DNA from: Mobula hypostoma
Lineage: Eukaryota
NCBI RefSeq assembly: GCF_963921235.1
Contig: NC_086097.1
Span: 202,184,001 to 202,248,000, forward strand
DNA length: 64,000 nucleotides
Direction of reading: 5' to 3'
Both the position numbers and the translations under genes were made by a program. Under the pieces are notes generated by a model. That model was not told where the DNA came from and ran no database searches. It worked only from the letters and a program-made list of their open reading frames with translations. Below, piece after piece: positions 37,616 to 50,000 of this stretch (its first letter is position 1; the number at the start of each line of letters is the position of its first letter).

Positions 37616-39999
37616 TTGTGGATAATTGATAATGGAAAGGATGATAACAGAAAGGTTATCATATGAGCTTGAGAAAAGGGGAATGCTGGCAAGTTATCAG
37701 AGTGGTTTTAGAAAGGGAAGGAATTCCATGGACTCAGTGATTATGTTAGAGACTGAAAAAAGGAAGGCCCAGGCAAATAGAGAGTCAGTAGTGGCAGTGT
37801 TCTTTGACATTGAAAAAAGCCTATGATATGATGTGGAAGGAAGGATTATTAATTAAACTGCACAAGATGGGGGTTGGTGGGAGAGTTTTTAATTGGATTA
37901 AAGATTTTTTGTTTGGTAGAAAAATTCAAGTTCGGATTGGATGAGAATTATCAAAACAGTACATAGTGGAAAATGGCACACCTCAAGGTAGTGTGATTAG
38001 TCTGTTACTTTTCATCATTATGATCAATTATGTCTTCACAAAGGTACCAGTGGATATAGGTAGGTCACTGTTTGCGGATGATGGGAACTTGTGGAAAAGA
38101 GGCAGGAACATGGACCATATAATCAGGAAACTACAAGAAGCAATTTATGAAGTGGTGGAGTGGGGTTATGATTGGGGTTGTAGATTTTCAGTAGACAAAA
38201 CTCAAACTGTATTTTTTACCAGGGAAAGGGTTGAGGTAGGGAAGAAGTTAAGGATGTATGGGGTTGAATTAGAAAGGGTTGCATCATTTAAATTTCTGGG
38301 AGTTGTATTTGATTCACGATTAACATGGGCAGACCATATCAGGAAAGTTGAGGAGAAATGTAAAAAAGTAATAAATGTGATGAGATGTTTGACTGGTAGG
38401 GAATGGGGAGCAAGTTGTTCAGCTTTGAAGAGAATGTATGTGGCTTTAGTAAGATCTGTATTGGATTATGGAATATGTATATGGATCAGCAGCAAGGTCT
38501 CTTATAAGGAAACTGGATATGATTCAGGCTCAGGCCTTGAGAGTGTGCAGTGGGGCTTTAAAATGTCACCAGTGTCAGCCCTACAGGTAGAAATGGGAAT
38601 AATGCCTTTGGAACTAAGAAGGATGCAACTGATGGCAAACTACTGGGCTAACTTGCAGGGGCACAATGATTCTCGCCCTACTAAAGGAGTGTTGCAGGAG
38701 TGCTGGGAAAATGGGAGGTTTCAGAGGGATACCTTTAGTCGGGTAGGGAATGATATCGCGAAAGAATGTGGAGTATTTGATCTGAGGATAAGTCCTTCAG
38801 TAGTTTATCCGGTTGTAGCTCCATGGAAGCTTGTATGGCCTGACATAGACTGGCATTTGTTAGAGGTAAAAAGGAAAGAAAGATATAAAACAGATTTGGT
38901 AAATGCATTTAACTGTCATGTGATGGAAAAGTATAGTGATTATACTCACATTTATACGGATGGTGCGAAGGAACCTGAAACAGGAGTGACAGGGTTTGGG
39001 GTGGTAATACCAGCAAAAGAAACTGGAATCAGCAGAAGAACATCTAATAAGTTAGGGGTGTTTACAGTGGAGATGCTGGCAGTGTTGGTTGCGTTGCAAT
39101 GGGTGCAGAAAGCCAGACAAGCCAAAGCATTGATATGTTCAGATTCATCCTCAGTTCTAGCAAGTTTAAGGTCTTTTCACACAAACAGTCGGCAAGATGT
39201 ACTTTATGAAGTCCTTCAGTTAGTTATAAGAATTGCAAATCAGGGAGGTCAGGTAAAATTTCTATGGGTTCCAGCGCATTTAGGGGTGAAGGGGAATGAG
39301 AGGGTGGATGAGTTGGCAGAGTCCGTTAAAGAAAGAAAATGTGGAAATGCTCGTTAGTATCAGTAAAGCAGAGGTTAAGTGTGTAATCTGGGAAAAAGTC
39401 AACCGAATGTGGCAAGAAAGATGGGACAGGGAGGGGAAAGGGAGGCATTTATATCAAATACAAAAGAGTGCTGCAGTTACTAGGGTAGGTAATGGAAACA
39501 GAAGAGAGGAAATTGTGTGGACTAGGTTAAGGCTGGGGCATTGTGCATTAAACAAAACATTGAAAATGATAGGGAAACACCAGACAGGATTGTGTGAGGA
39601 ATGTCAGGAAGAGGAGTCAGTAGAACATGTAGTTTTGTGTTGCAGGAAGTATGGGATACAGGGAGAGATGATGAGAAATAAATTAAGGGAGTTGGGGATG
39701 CAGGAATTCACATTAAAAGGGTTGCTGGGCATGGGTGAGAGAGCACAAGTCCGGGTATTTTTAGCGTTTTTAAGGGTTACAGGTGTTTTTTATAGAATAT
39801 GACGAATAAACAGGAATAGGATACTAGGATGGTCAAAGATGGGAGGGTGAAGTGTAGGGGTGTGTGTGTGTGCGTGTGCGCGCGTGATTGGGTGAAGGGA
39901 GTTAGAATGTATGTCTAGTGCACATTCTGGAGCAGAGGGTGGCGGTAATGCACCATTAAGCTGGATGCCAACCGCCGTAAAACAAGATACAGACAGACA
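37616..39999 (+). mobile_element. I-group (Nimb-like) LINE with RT, RNase H and CCHC finger, 5'-truncated
   Basis: YQSGFRKGR, FFDIEK, GTPQGSVIS, LFADD, FKFLGV; RNase H IYTDG...E...CSDS...WVPAHLGVKGNERVDELA; TRLRLGH...CEEC...EHVVLCC. 3' GGCGGT/ACCGCC stem, (AGAC)n tail, 10-bp TSD GGTGTGGGGG. Confidence 0.92.
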
Positions 40000-40389
40000 G
40001 GTGTGGGGGCTGGTTTGTCTTGTCAGTATCTTGTCCTTGCCTCTGTGTGGTAAGTCAGGCTGTCTTTGCAATTACCCTGCAGTTGGATCTGTCCCTTCCT
40101 GTCCTTGCCTCCCTTGGGTAAACCAGGCCACAGGTTACCTGAGGCTGGACTGTTCCCTTCCCTTCCCCTTCCTTCTGGTGCCTTGCCTGCAACCTTGTCA
40201 AGTTCAACCACTGGAGCGAGACCAGAACCTTGCTGTGTCAAGATAAGTAACTGTCTATTGTTGAATTGGAACTGTCTGTGTCCACGCCTTTGCTAGGTAG
40301 GTCTGGCCATTTGCTGCTACCTAGTGTTGTGAACCGTCTCATCGTGTTCAGTATTCTGTGAGAGTCCCGGCCCTACGTCCTCTTCCCAA

Positions 40390-40930
40390 GGAGGGGTCTC
40401 GGCTCTGTGTTCCATGCTCCTGTCTCTCAAGTCCAAGGCTCCATGTTCCTGTGCTCTAGACCAAAGCTCTGTGTTCCTGTCCTCCCCAAGACCAAGTCAA
40501 GGCTTCTAGCTTTGTGTTCCGAGGTTTCTGTCTCCCAAGACCACGTCATGTCTTCGCCTAGTTCCGGAGTCCGAGCCTGAGTCAAGACCCAGGTCCTTGT
40601 CCTGTCACTGGCTCGGAGTCTGAACCCAAGCCTCGTCATGTCCTCGCCTCGAGGGAACCCAAGCCTCGTCATATCCTCGCTTATCCAGTCCTGTAGCCAC
40701 GTCATGTCCTTGCCCAGTTCTGGGATGTGAGCCCGAGTTAAGACCCAGGTTCTGGGTCCTTGTCCAGTCTCTGGCTCGGAGTCCAAGCCCAGGCTCCTAG
40801 TTCCCAGTTCCTAGTCCTGGTCTCGCTTGCCTAGCCATTGTCCTAGCCCAAGTCTGTGTTCTTGTCCCAGATCCTAGTCTGCATCAAGTCACGTCCCTAT
40901 CTCTAGTCTCTAGTCCTGTCCTGTTCCTAG
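40390..40930 (+). repeat. Degenerate internal repeats within the solo LTR
   Basis: ~80-bp unit ccacgtcatgtc...tggctcggagtc at ~40541 and ~40697; gaacccaagcctcgtcat twice; many cctag/tctag units. Confidence 0.8.
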
Positions 40931-43786
40931 TACTTCAGTGTCTGTGTCTTGCATTTGGGTCCGCTCCCAGCGCCCCCATATGACAATTTCAATGCAAGGA
41001 GTACTGTAGGTAAGGCAGATGAGCTTAGGGCGTGGATTGGCGCATGGGATTACGACATTATTGCTATTAGGGAGACTTGGTTGCAGGAGGGGCAGGACTG
41101 GCAGCTTAACGTCCAGGGTTCCCTTGTTTCAGTCGCAATAGAGGGGATAGAGTGGCATTACTAGTCAGGGAAAATATCACAGCTGTGCGTAGACAGAACA
41201 GCCTGGAAGGCTCATCTACAGAAGCCATATGGATGGAGCTGAGGAACGGGAAAGGTGTGACCACACTAATAGGGTTGTATTATAGACCGCCCAATAGTCA
41301 GAGAGAATTGGAGGAGCAAATCTCCAGAGAGATAGCAGACCGATGTAAGAAACAGAAAGTTGTAATAGTAGGGGATTTTAAATTTCCACACATTGACTGG
41401 GACTCCCACACTGTGAAAGGGCTGGATGGCTTGGAGTTTGTCAAATGTGTTCAGGAAAGATTTCTAAATCAATATATAGAGGTACCAACGAGAGAGGATG
41501 CAATACTTGATCTCCTATTAGGGAACCAGACAGGTCAGATGACAGAAGTATGTGTAGGCAAACATTTTGGGTTCAGTGACCATAATGTCATTAGTTTCAA
41601 GTTAATTATGGATAAGGATAAGTCTGGTCCTCGAGTTGAGGTTCTAAATTGGAGAAAGGCCAATTTTGTGGAAATGAGGAAGGATCTAGAAAGAGTGGAT
41701 TGGGATGAGTTGTTTTGTGGCAAGGATGTGTTCAGTAAATGGAAGGCCTTCAAAGGCGAAATTTTGAGAGTGTGGAGTTTGCATGTTTCTGCCTGGATTA
41801 AAGGCAAAGTTAACAGGCATAGGGAACCTTGGTTTTCAAGGGATATTGGCTATCTGGTTAAGAAAGCAGGTACAGACAACAAGAAACAAATGAGGTACTT
41901 GAAGACTATAGAAAATGTAAGAAAATACTAAAGGAAATCAGGAAGGCAAAAAGAAGACATGAGGTTGCTTTGTCAGATAATGTGAAGGTAAACCCGAAGG
42001 GTTTCTGCAAGTATACGATGGTAAGGGACAAAATTGGTCCCCTAGAAGATCAGAGTAGTCATCTATGTGTGGAGGCTCACAAGATGGGGGAGTTTTTTTT
42101 TGCAACAGTATTTACTCAGGAAACTGGCATAGCGTATATGGAAGGAAGGGAGACAAGCAGTAGTGTCATGGAACATGTAGAGATTGAAGAGGAGGATGTG
42201 CTTGCTGCCTTACAGTGAATAATGGTAGACAAATCCCCCGGCCCTGACATGATATTTCCTCGGACCTTGAGAGAGACGAGTGTAGAAATTGCAGGGGCCG
42301 TGGCAGAAATATTTAAAATGTCCTCAACCACGGGTGCGGTACCGGAAGACTGGAGGGTAGCTCATGTTGTTCCGTTGTTTAAAAAAGGCTCCGAAAGTAA
42401 ACCAGGTAATTACAGGCCGGTGAGCCTGATATCTGTAGTAGGTAAATTATTGGACGGTGTCCTGAGAGATCGGATATACAAGTATTTGGACAGCCAAGGG
42501 CTGATTAAGGATAGTCAGCATAGCTTTGTGCATGGTAGATTGTGTTTAATGAAACTTGTAGAGTTTTTTGAGGAGGTCACCAAGAAATTAGATGAAGGAA
42601 AGGCTGTAGATGTTGTCTACATGGACTTTAGTAAGGCCTTTGACAACGTCCCACATGGGAGGTTAGTTCAGAAGGTTCAGACACTAGGTATCCATGGAGA
42701 GATTGTAAACTGGATTCGAAATTGACTGTGTGGGAGAAGACAGAGAGTGGTAGTAGATGATTGCTTCTTCGACTGGAGGCCTGTGACTAGTGGTGTGCCT
42801 CAGGGGTCTGTGCTGGGACCATTGTTGTTTGTTGTCTATATCAGTAATCTAGATAATAATGTGGTAGATTGGATCAGCAAGTTTGCTGATGACACTAAGT
42901 TTGGAGGCATTGTGAACAGCAAGGAAGGCTTTCAAAGCTTGTAGAGGGATCTGGACCAACTGGAAAAATGGGCTGGAAAATGGCAGATGGAATTTAATGC
43001 AGACAAGTGTGAAGTGTTGCATTTTGGAAGGACAAATCAAGGTAGGACATACACAGTAAATGGTAGGGCACTGAGGAGTGTGGAGGAACAAAGGGATCTG
43101 GGAGATCAGATACATAATTCCCTGAAAGTGGCATCACAGGTAGAGAGGGTTGTAAAGAAGGCTTTTGGCATCCTGGCATTCATAAATCAAAGTATTGAGT
43201 ATAGGAGTTGGGATGTTATGGTGAGGTTATATAAGACATTGGTGAGCCCAAATTTGGAGTATATTTACAGTTCTGGTCACCTAACTATAGGAAGGATATC
43301 AGTAAGATTGAAAGAGTACAGAGAAGATTTACTAGGATGTTGCCAGGTCTTAAGGAGTAGAGTTACAGGGAAAAATTGAACAGGTTAGGACTTTATTCCT
43401 TGGAGCGTAGAAGAATGAGGGGAGATTTGATAGAGGTTTACAAAATTATGAGGGCTATAGATAGAGTAAATGCGAGTAGGCTCTTTCCACTTAGATTAGG
43501 AGAGATAAATACAAGAAGACATGGCTTTAGGGTGAGAGGGGAGATTTAGGGGGAGCATTAGGGGGAACTTCTTCACTCAGTGGTGGGAGTGTGGAATGAG
43601 TTGCCATCTGACGTGGTAATTGCAGGCTCACAAGTTTTAAGAATAAATTGGATGGATACATGGATGGGAGGGGTCTGGAGGGTTACGGACTGGGTGCAGG
43701 TCAATTGGACGAGCGGAATAAATTTTCGGCACAGACTAGAAGGGCTGAATGGCCTGTTTTCTGTGCTGTAGTTTTCTATGGTTCTA

Positions 43787-43822
43787 AGTCCTGAAGAAGG
43801 GTCTCGGCCCGAAATGTTGACT
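43787..43822 (+). ncRNA. Minimal type I hammerhead ribozyme motif (Penelope tail)
   Basis: agtc-CTGAAGA-a-ggg-tctcgg-ccc-GAAA-tGTT-gact; followed by the standard tail to ~43915. Confidence 0.7.
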
Positions 43823-44494
43823 GTTCACCTACATGGATGCTGCCTAAACTGCTGAGTTCCTCCAGTATTTTGTGTGTTGCTTTGGATTTCCAGCATCTGC
43901 GGAATTTCTTGTCTTTGTGCTATATTTACTGGTTTTGCCCTGCAGTAGTTGATATCTCATACATGTCTGGAAGAGAGGCCATTTAAACCAGGCCTAGCAC
44001 CTTTGGTATGGTAACCACATTGAGTTACCCCAGTTCAGGAAGTGGTACTTATCTCTCCAGTTATCTCAACATCCTTCAACTCCATGGGCACAAAATAGAA
44101 AATAGAGAGGAGAACAAGTAAACGGAATGCAAGCAGAACTATTATGTGCAGAGTATAAGAAGTCGAAGTTGTTGCAGTTAAATTCATTCATTATTCTGAC
44201 TTTTGATAATAGTGAACTGAATGAATTAAATATAAAAATATCCCATTTTTATTCTTAACGAGAGAACAATGTTTTGGGAGGTTCGGGTATTAATGATGCA
44301 CAAAGTATTTCCTTTAATCCCATGGTTCCTTTGCTTGCCTTCTTCGCTCTTTCTGCTGATTCTGCATTGAAGTAATTTACTTGATCCCGGGGATATCCCT
44401 GTTCGCCAATTGTGCATAAGCGTGATTTGCATTCAGTGATACAGGTATAATTGTCTGTCAGGTGATAAAGGAACTATACTACTTCCTTACAGAT

Positions 44495-44866
44495 ATCAAC
44501 CTGATGGCATGAACATTGACTTCTCTAACTTCCGTTAATGCCCCACCTCCCCCTCGTACCCCATCCGTTATTGCCCATCCTCTGGGTTTCCCCCCTCCCC
44601 CTTTCTTTCTTCCTCGGCCTCCTGTCCCATGATCCTCTCATATCCCTTTTGCCAATCAACTGTCCAGCTCTTGGCTCCATCCCTCCCCTCCTGTCTTCTC
44701 CTATCATTTTGGATCTCCCCCTCCCCCTCCCACTTTCAAATCTCTTACTATCTCTTCTTTCAGTTAGTCCTGACGTAGGGGCTCGGCCCAAAACGTCAAC
44801 TGTACCTCTTCCTATAGATGCTGCCTGGCCTGCTGCGTTCACCAGCAACTTTTATGTGTGTTGCTT
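44495..44866 (+). mobile_element. Penelope-like 3' fragment
   Basis: caacctgatggcatgaacattgacttctctaacttccgttaa (QPDGMNIDFSNFR*); mutated hammerhead at 44766-44802. Confidence 0.8.
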
Positions 44867-45227
44867 AAGCTGCCAGTACACACTTGTGACTAGTAATACA
44901 GTGAAACGTATTCATATTCACAAAGGTTCAGAGTTCTCTGAGGCTTTTAAGGCCAGATGTGTTCTCTCAGTTCTGCCTGTGAGGGATCCTGCCAAATTCA
45001 GAATTAGATGGCTTATCCTTTTTGTGTTTTGAAATTAATAGTGCAGTTAAAGATTTGAAAAGCCCAGCTGAACAGAACACCAATGACTTTTTTTATATGC
45101 TACTGTTCTGTGTTGTGTGTGATTATTATAATTATGATCAATCAAGACTGTCTGGAAAGATCCATTGGCAAATGAACACTGCATTCACATTCACTGCTGA
45201 ACTATCTAAAGAGATGAGTTGGAGGTC

Positions 45228-45832
45228 TTTTTTAGATTATGAGGACACGCAGTCCTCTTTATTGTCATTTAGTAATGCATGCATTAAGAAATGATACATT
45301 GTTCCTCCGGTGTGATATCACAAAACACAAGACAGATCAAGACTGAAAAAAACTAACAAAACCACATAATTATATAGTTACAACAGTGCAACAATACCAT
45401 AACTTGATGAAGAACAGACCATGGCAGAGTAAAAAGTTCAAAGTCTCTCAAATGTCCCACATCTCAAGGAAGAAAACTCTCCCTGCCATGCCCGACCACA
45501 GTCCAACTCTGAGTCATCCAAAAACTTCGAGCCTCCGATCATCCCTCCGACACCGAGTACCAAGCACCATCTCTATCCGAACGATTCAACCTCAATCTTG
45601 GTGGCCAGCAGCAGGCAAAGCCGGAGATTTTGGGGCCTACCCTCCGGAGATTCTCAATTGCGCAGTAACACCAGCAGTGAACAGGTGTTTCAGAAATTTA
45701 TCCAGATGTTCTTCTGTGCTTTCACGTCTGTCTCCATCAAATCAGAATTGTCCACGGCCCCTGTTTAACAGAGATGATATCATTTTCACCAGAGAGCTGC
45801 GCGCGAGTGGTGCGCTGCTATCTTCTCCTCCC
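45228..45832 (-). mobile_element. Probable non-autonomous retroposon (SINE-like/internally deleted LINE)
   Basis: Minus strand begins gggaggagaagatagcagcgc, is CpG-richer than its flanks, and ends aataaaagaggactgcgtgtcctcataatctaa; no protein motif. Confidence 0.45.
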
Positions 45833-46117
45833 GTCTTCATCCAGCAGGTGCCATAATATTGTAATCATCACAAATTGGGGAAAGGGTTAGATTGCAGGGC
45901 TGAATGTTGAGGAAGAAGAGTCTTTTAATGCACTGATAGACAGAAAATTTTAACTCTTCATATCATAGCTCCATAAACATTGCTCACTGTTTATCTACAT
46001 AAAGAAAATACTATTTTCATTCTTTGTTCCCATCAGTTTCATTTCCTCTGCGTGTGTTAAGAAGAGGATACTGAAGGCAGTTTCTTTTGAAATTGGGTTC
46101 ATTAGTCCAACAATTAA

Positions 46118-46510
46118 CTTGCCTCTTCTTCTCACCCACCCATCACCTCCCTCTGGTCTCCTCTTCCTTCCCTTTCTTCCATGGTCCTCTGTCCTCTTCT
46201 ATTAGATTCCTCCTTCAGCTCTTAACCTCTTCTACCTATCTCCTCCCAGCTTCTCACTTCATCCTCCCTCCCCCACCCACCCACCTTCCCCTTCATCTGG
46301 TCTCAACTATCAGCTGCTTGCTTTTACTCCTTCCCCTCTACCCACCTTTTCTGGCTTTTGTACCCTTCCTTTCTTGTCCTGATGGAGGGTCTTGGTCTGA
46401 AATATTAACTGTTTATTCCTCTCCATAAATGCTGCCTGACTTGCTGAATTTCTCCAGCATTTTGTGTGTGTTGTTCAAGATTTCCAGCATCTGCAGAATT
46501 TATTGTGTTT
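46118..46510 (+). mobile_element. Penelope-like tail fragment
   Basis: Pyrimidine-rich body, degenerate hammerhead at 46376-46411, tail tccagcattttgtgtgtgttg. Confidence 0.75.
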
Positions 46511-47252
46511 GGATTTACCAAAGTTATTTCTGGTAAAAATTATTGGGGCAGAGTATTGGCGGTGAATCCTGCCATTCCATTTTGCTCCATTTAAGGTACA
46601 AAACCCTACCTAAACAAATCTTTTCAAGAATACCACAAACCTAAAAATCTGTCTATCTTGATGCTCCAAGAGATCTTCTTTACCACATCTGATGACCAAG
46701 AAGGAGAAAACATCAGTCACTATCTTAAGTTGTGGGACAATTGTTGAAAAATGTGTAGCCATTACTCTGACATCTTGAAAAAGGTTATTAGATCATCTGT
46801 GTGATTTGAGTGTTCGCAAGTTTCAACATTAATCGACGATAAAAATGAAAAGGTGTTTGGCATTGACAGTCATTGTAATTTCTGAAAAAGCTTGTCTCAG
46901 TTTAGGAAACATCAGCGAAGAAGAGAATGAATATACAGCCATGGTTATATTTACTATTAATCTGCTATATGCTTCCAGCCGCCGATAGTGATGACTTTCA
47001 TTGAGATGCTGCAGTTGTGTCCTGACTATTCAGCCATGATTGGACAGAATCAAGGTCCCATCATATTGGCCTATTCGTGTCCCGAGCTGATGAAGATTTA
47101 AGTCTAAATTGGAATGTATTTTATTTGGAGGAAAACCTCAAGTTGATGCTATTGCAAATAATCCTCTTCTTTGGAGTTCTCATCGTCACCAATGTTTCTG
47201 GGAGATGTTGCCAAAACAAGCTTGCCTAGTTGCATTTTATTATTACTATATA

Positions 47253-48471
47253 CAAACCCCATTTCCAGAAAAGTTGGGATATTTTCAAAATGCAATAAAA
47301 ACAAAAATCTGTGATATGTTAGTTCACGTGAACCTTTATTTAACTGACAAAAGTGCAAAGAAAAGATTTTCAATAGTTTTACTGACCAATTTAATTGTAT
47401 TTTGTAAATATACACAAATTTAGAATTTGTTGGCTGCAACACACTCAACAAAAGTTGGGACAGAGTTAAAATAAGATTGAAACATGCACAGAAACCGTCA
47501 TGCTACTGTGACAATTATAGCCACCTGGGCTCGGGGGTACTTCGGAAAACCATTGTCACTCAACACAGTCCATCGCTGCATTCAGAAATGCAACTTTAAA
47601 CTGTATTACACAAGGAAGAAGCCATACATCAACTCTATGCAGAAACGCCGGCGAGTTCTCTGGGCCCAAGCTCATCTCAGATCGACCGAAAGACTGTGGA
47701 ACCGTATGCTGTGGTCAGATGAGTCCACATTTCAGCTAGTTTTTGGAAAAAAACAGGCGTGGAGTTCTCTGTGCCAAAGATGAAAATGACCATCCAGATT
47801 GTTACCAGCAAAAGGTGCAAAAGCCAGCATCTGTGATGGTATGGGGGTGCATCAGTGCCCACAGCATGGGTGAGTTGCATGTATGTGAAGGTACCATTGA
47901 CTCTGAGGCATATATTAGGATTTTAGAGAGACATATGTTGCCATCAAGGTGACGTCTCTTCCTGGGACGTCCATGCTTATTTCAGCAGGACAATGCCAGA
48001 CCACATTCTGCACGGGCTACAACAGCATGGCTTTGTAGACACAGATTCCGTGTGCTTGACTGGCCTACTGCCAGTCTAGATCTATCTCCTATTGAAAATG
48101 TATGGCTCATCATGAAGAGGAGAATCAGACAACGGAGACCACGGACTGTTGAGCAGCTGAAGTCTTATATCAAGCAAGAATGGACAAAATTTTAGTTCTA
48201 AAACGATTAAAAAGCGTTATTAAAAGGAAAGGTGATGTAACGCAATGGTAAACATGCCTCTCTCCCAACTTTTGTTGAGTGTGTTACAGCTATTAAATTC
48301 TAAATTTGTGTATGTTTACAAAATACAATTAAGTTGGTCAGTAAAACTATTGAAAATCTTTTCTTTGTACTTTTGTCAGTTAAATAAAGGTTCACGTGAA
48401 CTAACATATCACAGATTTTTGTTTTCATTGCATTTTGGAAAATATCCCAACTTTTCTGGAAATGGGGTTTG
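47253..48471 (+). mobile_element. Tc1-family DNA transposon (DD34E), N-terminally deleted, defective
   Basis: TA TSDs; ~210-bp TIRs starting caaaccccatttccagaaaagttggga; motifs RKKP, LWSDES, VMVWGC, FQQDNA...DLSPIENVW with 34 residues between the second D and E; frameshift and stop present. Confidence 0.96.
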
Positions 48472-48749
48472 TATGTCAACACTGTGCACTGGGGGATTAA
48501 CGTAGATGGGCAATAATTAAGCCTGATTGTTTTGCAGTGTTCTTCTTGAATGTCGTAATTTCTGTGTTGATAATTATTCTGTTACACACCTGACCTGCAA
48601 TCTGTAAATAGTATACGAGTAGTGAGGGTTTAGGAGCTGAATTACCTATTACAAGGGGTCCAGTGTCAGTCTTATTTTGTTGTCATGCATTGATATGGTA
48701 GTTGGAGTAACCTGACTAGGAAAATAATGGGACATTAGAAATGAAGTCA

Positions 48750-50000
48750 TTGAGTTCCAGCCTGAGCAGTGACTTGGATCTGCTCCAATTTGTTTACTGG
48801 CACATAAGGTCCACAGTAGATGCCATCTCATTGACTCTTCACTCAACATTGGAACATCTGGGCAGCAAAGATGCATACATCAGGATGTTCTTTATCAACT
48901 ACAACTTGGCATTCAATACTATCCTCCTTCAAAACTTATCAATAATTTTCAAGATCTTGGCCTCAATACCTCCCTTGCAATTGGATCCTTAATATCCTCA
49001 TTTGTAGACCCCAGTCAGTTCAGATTGGCAACAACATCTCCCTTACAATTTCCATCAACAGAAGTACACAGAAGGCTGTGTGCTAAGCCCCTGTTCCACT
49101 TGCTTTATACTTCTGACTGTGTAGCTAAGAACAACTCCAATGCCATATTTAAGTTTTCTGATGACATCACTGTTGTAGATCAAATTAAGAGTGGTGATAT
49201 AGAAGGGAGATTGAAAATCTGGCTGAGTGTTGTCACAATAACAATCTTGTCCTCCATGTCAGCAAGAACAAGGAGCTGAGTATTGATTTCAGGAGGAGTA
49301 AACTAGAGGACCATGAGCCAGTCCTCTTTGGGGGATCGGAGGTGGAGAGAATTAGCACTCTAGATTCCTCTTTGCAATTACAATGAAAGCACTGCAGTAC
49401 CTCTACTTAAGAGTTTGCATAGATTTGGCATAACATTTAAAACTGTGAAAACTTCTATAGATGTGTGGTGGAAAGTATATTGACTAGTTGCATCACAGCC
49501 TGGTATGGAAACAACAATGCCTTTGAATGGAAAATCCTATAAAAAGTAGTGAATGTGGCCCAGCCCATCACAGGTAAAGCCCTCTCCACCGTTGAGCACT
49601 TCTACGCAGAATGTGTCATCTGTCATCAAGAGCTCCCCACCACCCAGGTCATGCTCTTTTCAAAATGCTGCCAGCAGGAAGAAGGAACAGGAGCCTCAGC
49701 ACTCACACCACCAGGTTCAGAAACAATTATTACCCCTCAACCTTTAGGCTCTTGAACCAGAGGGGATAACTTCACTTGCTCCATTATCGAAATGTTTCCA
49801 TTTTCAAGGACACTTCATCTCATTTCTTGATCTTCTTTTCTTTTATGTTTGCAGTTTGTTGTCTTTTGCACACTGGTTGTCTGCCCTGTTAGTACGATCT
49901 TTCATAGATTCCTGTATAATTATTTGATTTATTGAGTATGACTGCAAGAAAATGAATCTCAGATTTGTGTATGGTGATATATATTTTGATAATAAATTAT
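48750..50000 (+). mobile_element. Degraded Rex1/Babar-like LINE
   Basis: DLDLLQF..RSTVDAI..YIRMFFINYNLAFNTI, KFSDD, ITAWYG. Confidence 0.85.

Larger units (their letters stand above)
37482..40985 (+). mobile_element. Solo LTR (~1.1 kb once the nested LINE is removed)
   Basis: Termini TGTCA...TGACA; 5-bp TSD ATTTC (37477-37481, 40986-40990); TATA-like atataag at ~37586. Confidence 0.88.
36600..43786 (+). mobile_element. Near full-length CR1 LINE split by a nested LTR/LINE insertion
   Basis: ORF1 esterase (IGDSIVRG, VHVGTND, LHLN) 36610-37480. ORF2 start CIYF|NARS is split at 37481/40986, then [42 protein letters not shown]. Tail ttttctatggttcta. Confidence 0.95.

Noticed and set aside
37966..39357. 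RT + RNase H between LTR-like ends as an LTR retrotransposon or retrovirus
   Set aside because: The RT is non-LTR type with its own TSD and simple-repeat tail; there is no gag, protease or integrase; the flanks are two halves of one LTR, not direct repeats.
40427..40786. Repeat-spacer-like pattern / repetitive 119-aa ORF (CRISPR-like?)
   Set aside because: Degenerate LTR-internal repeats with non-unique spacers; no cas genes; eukaryotic context.
43945..44004. Exon candidate after gccctgcag
   Set aside because: All three frames from this acceptor meet a stop before the donor.
46660..47240. Coding-like unique sequence
   Set aside because: No sustained open frame or recognisable motif; ORF 47109..47423 runs into the Tc1 TIR.
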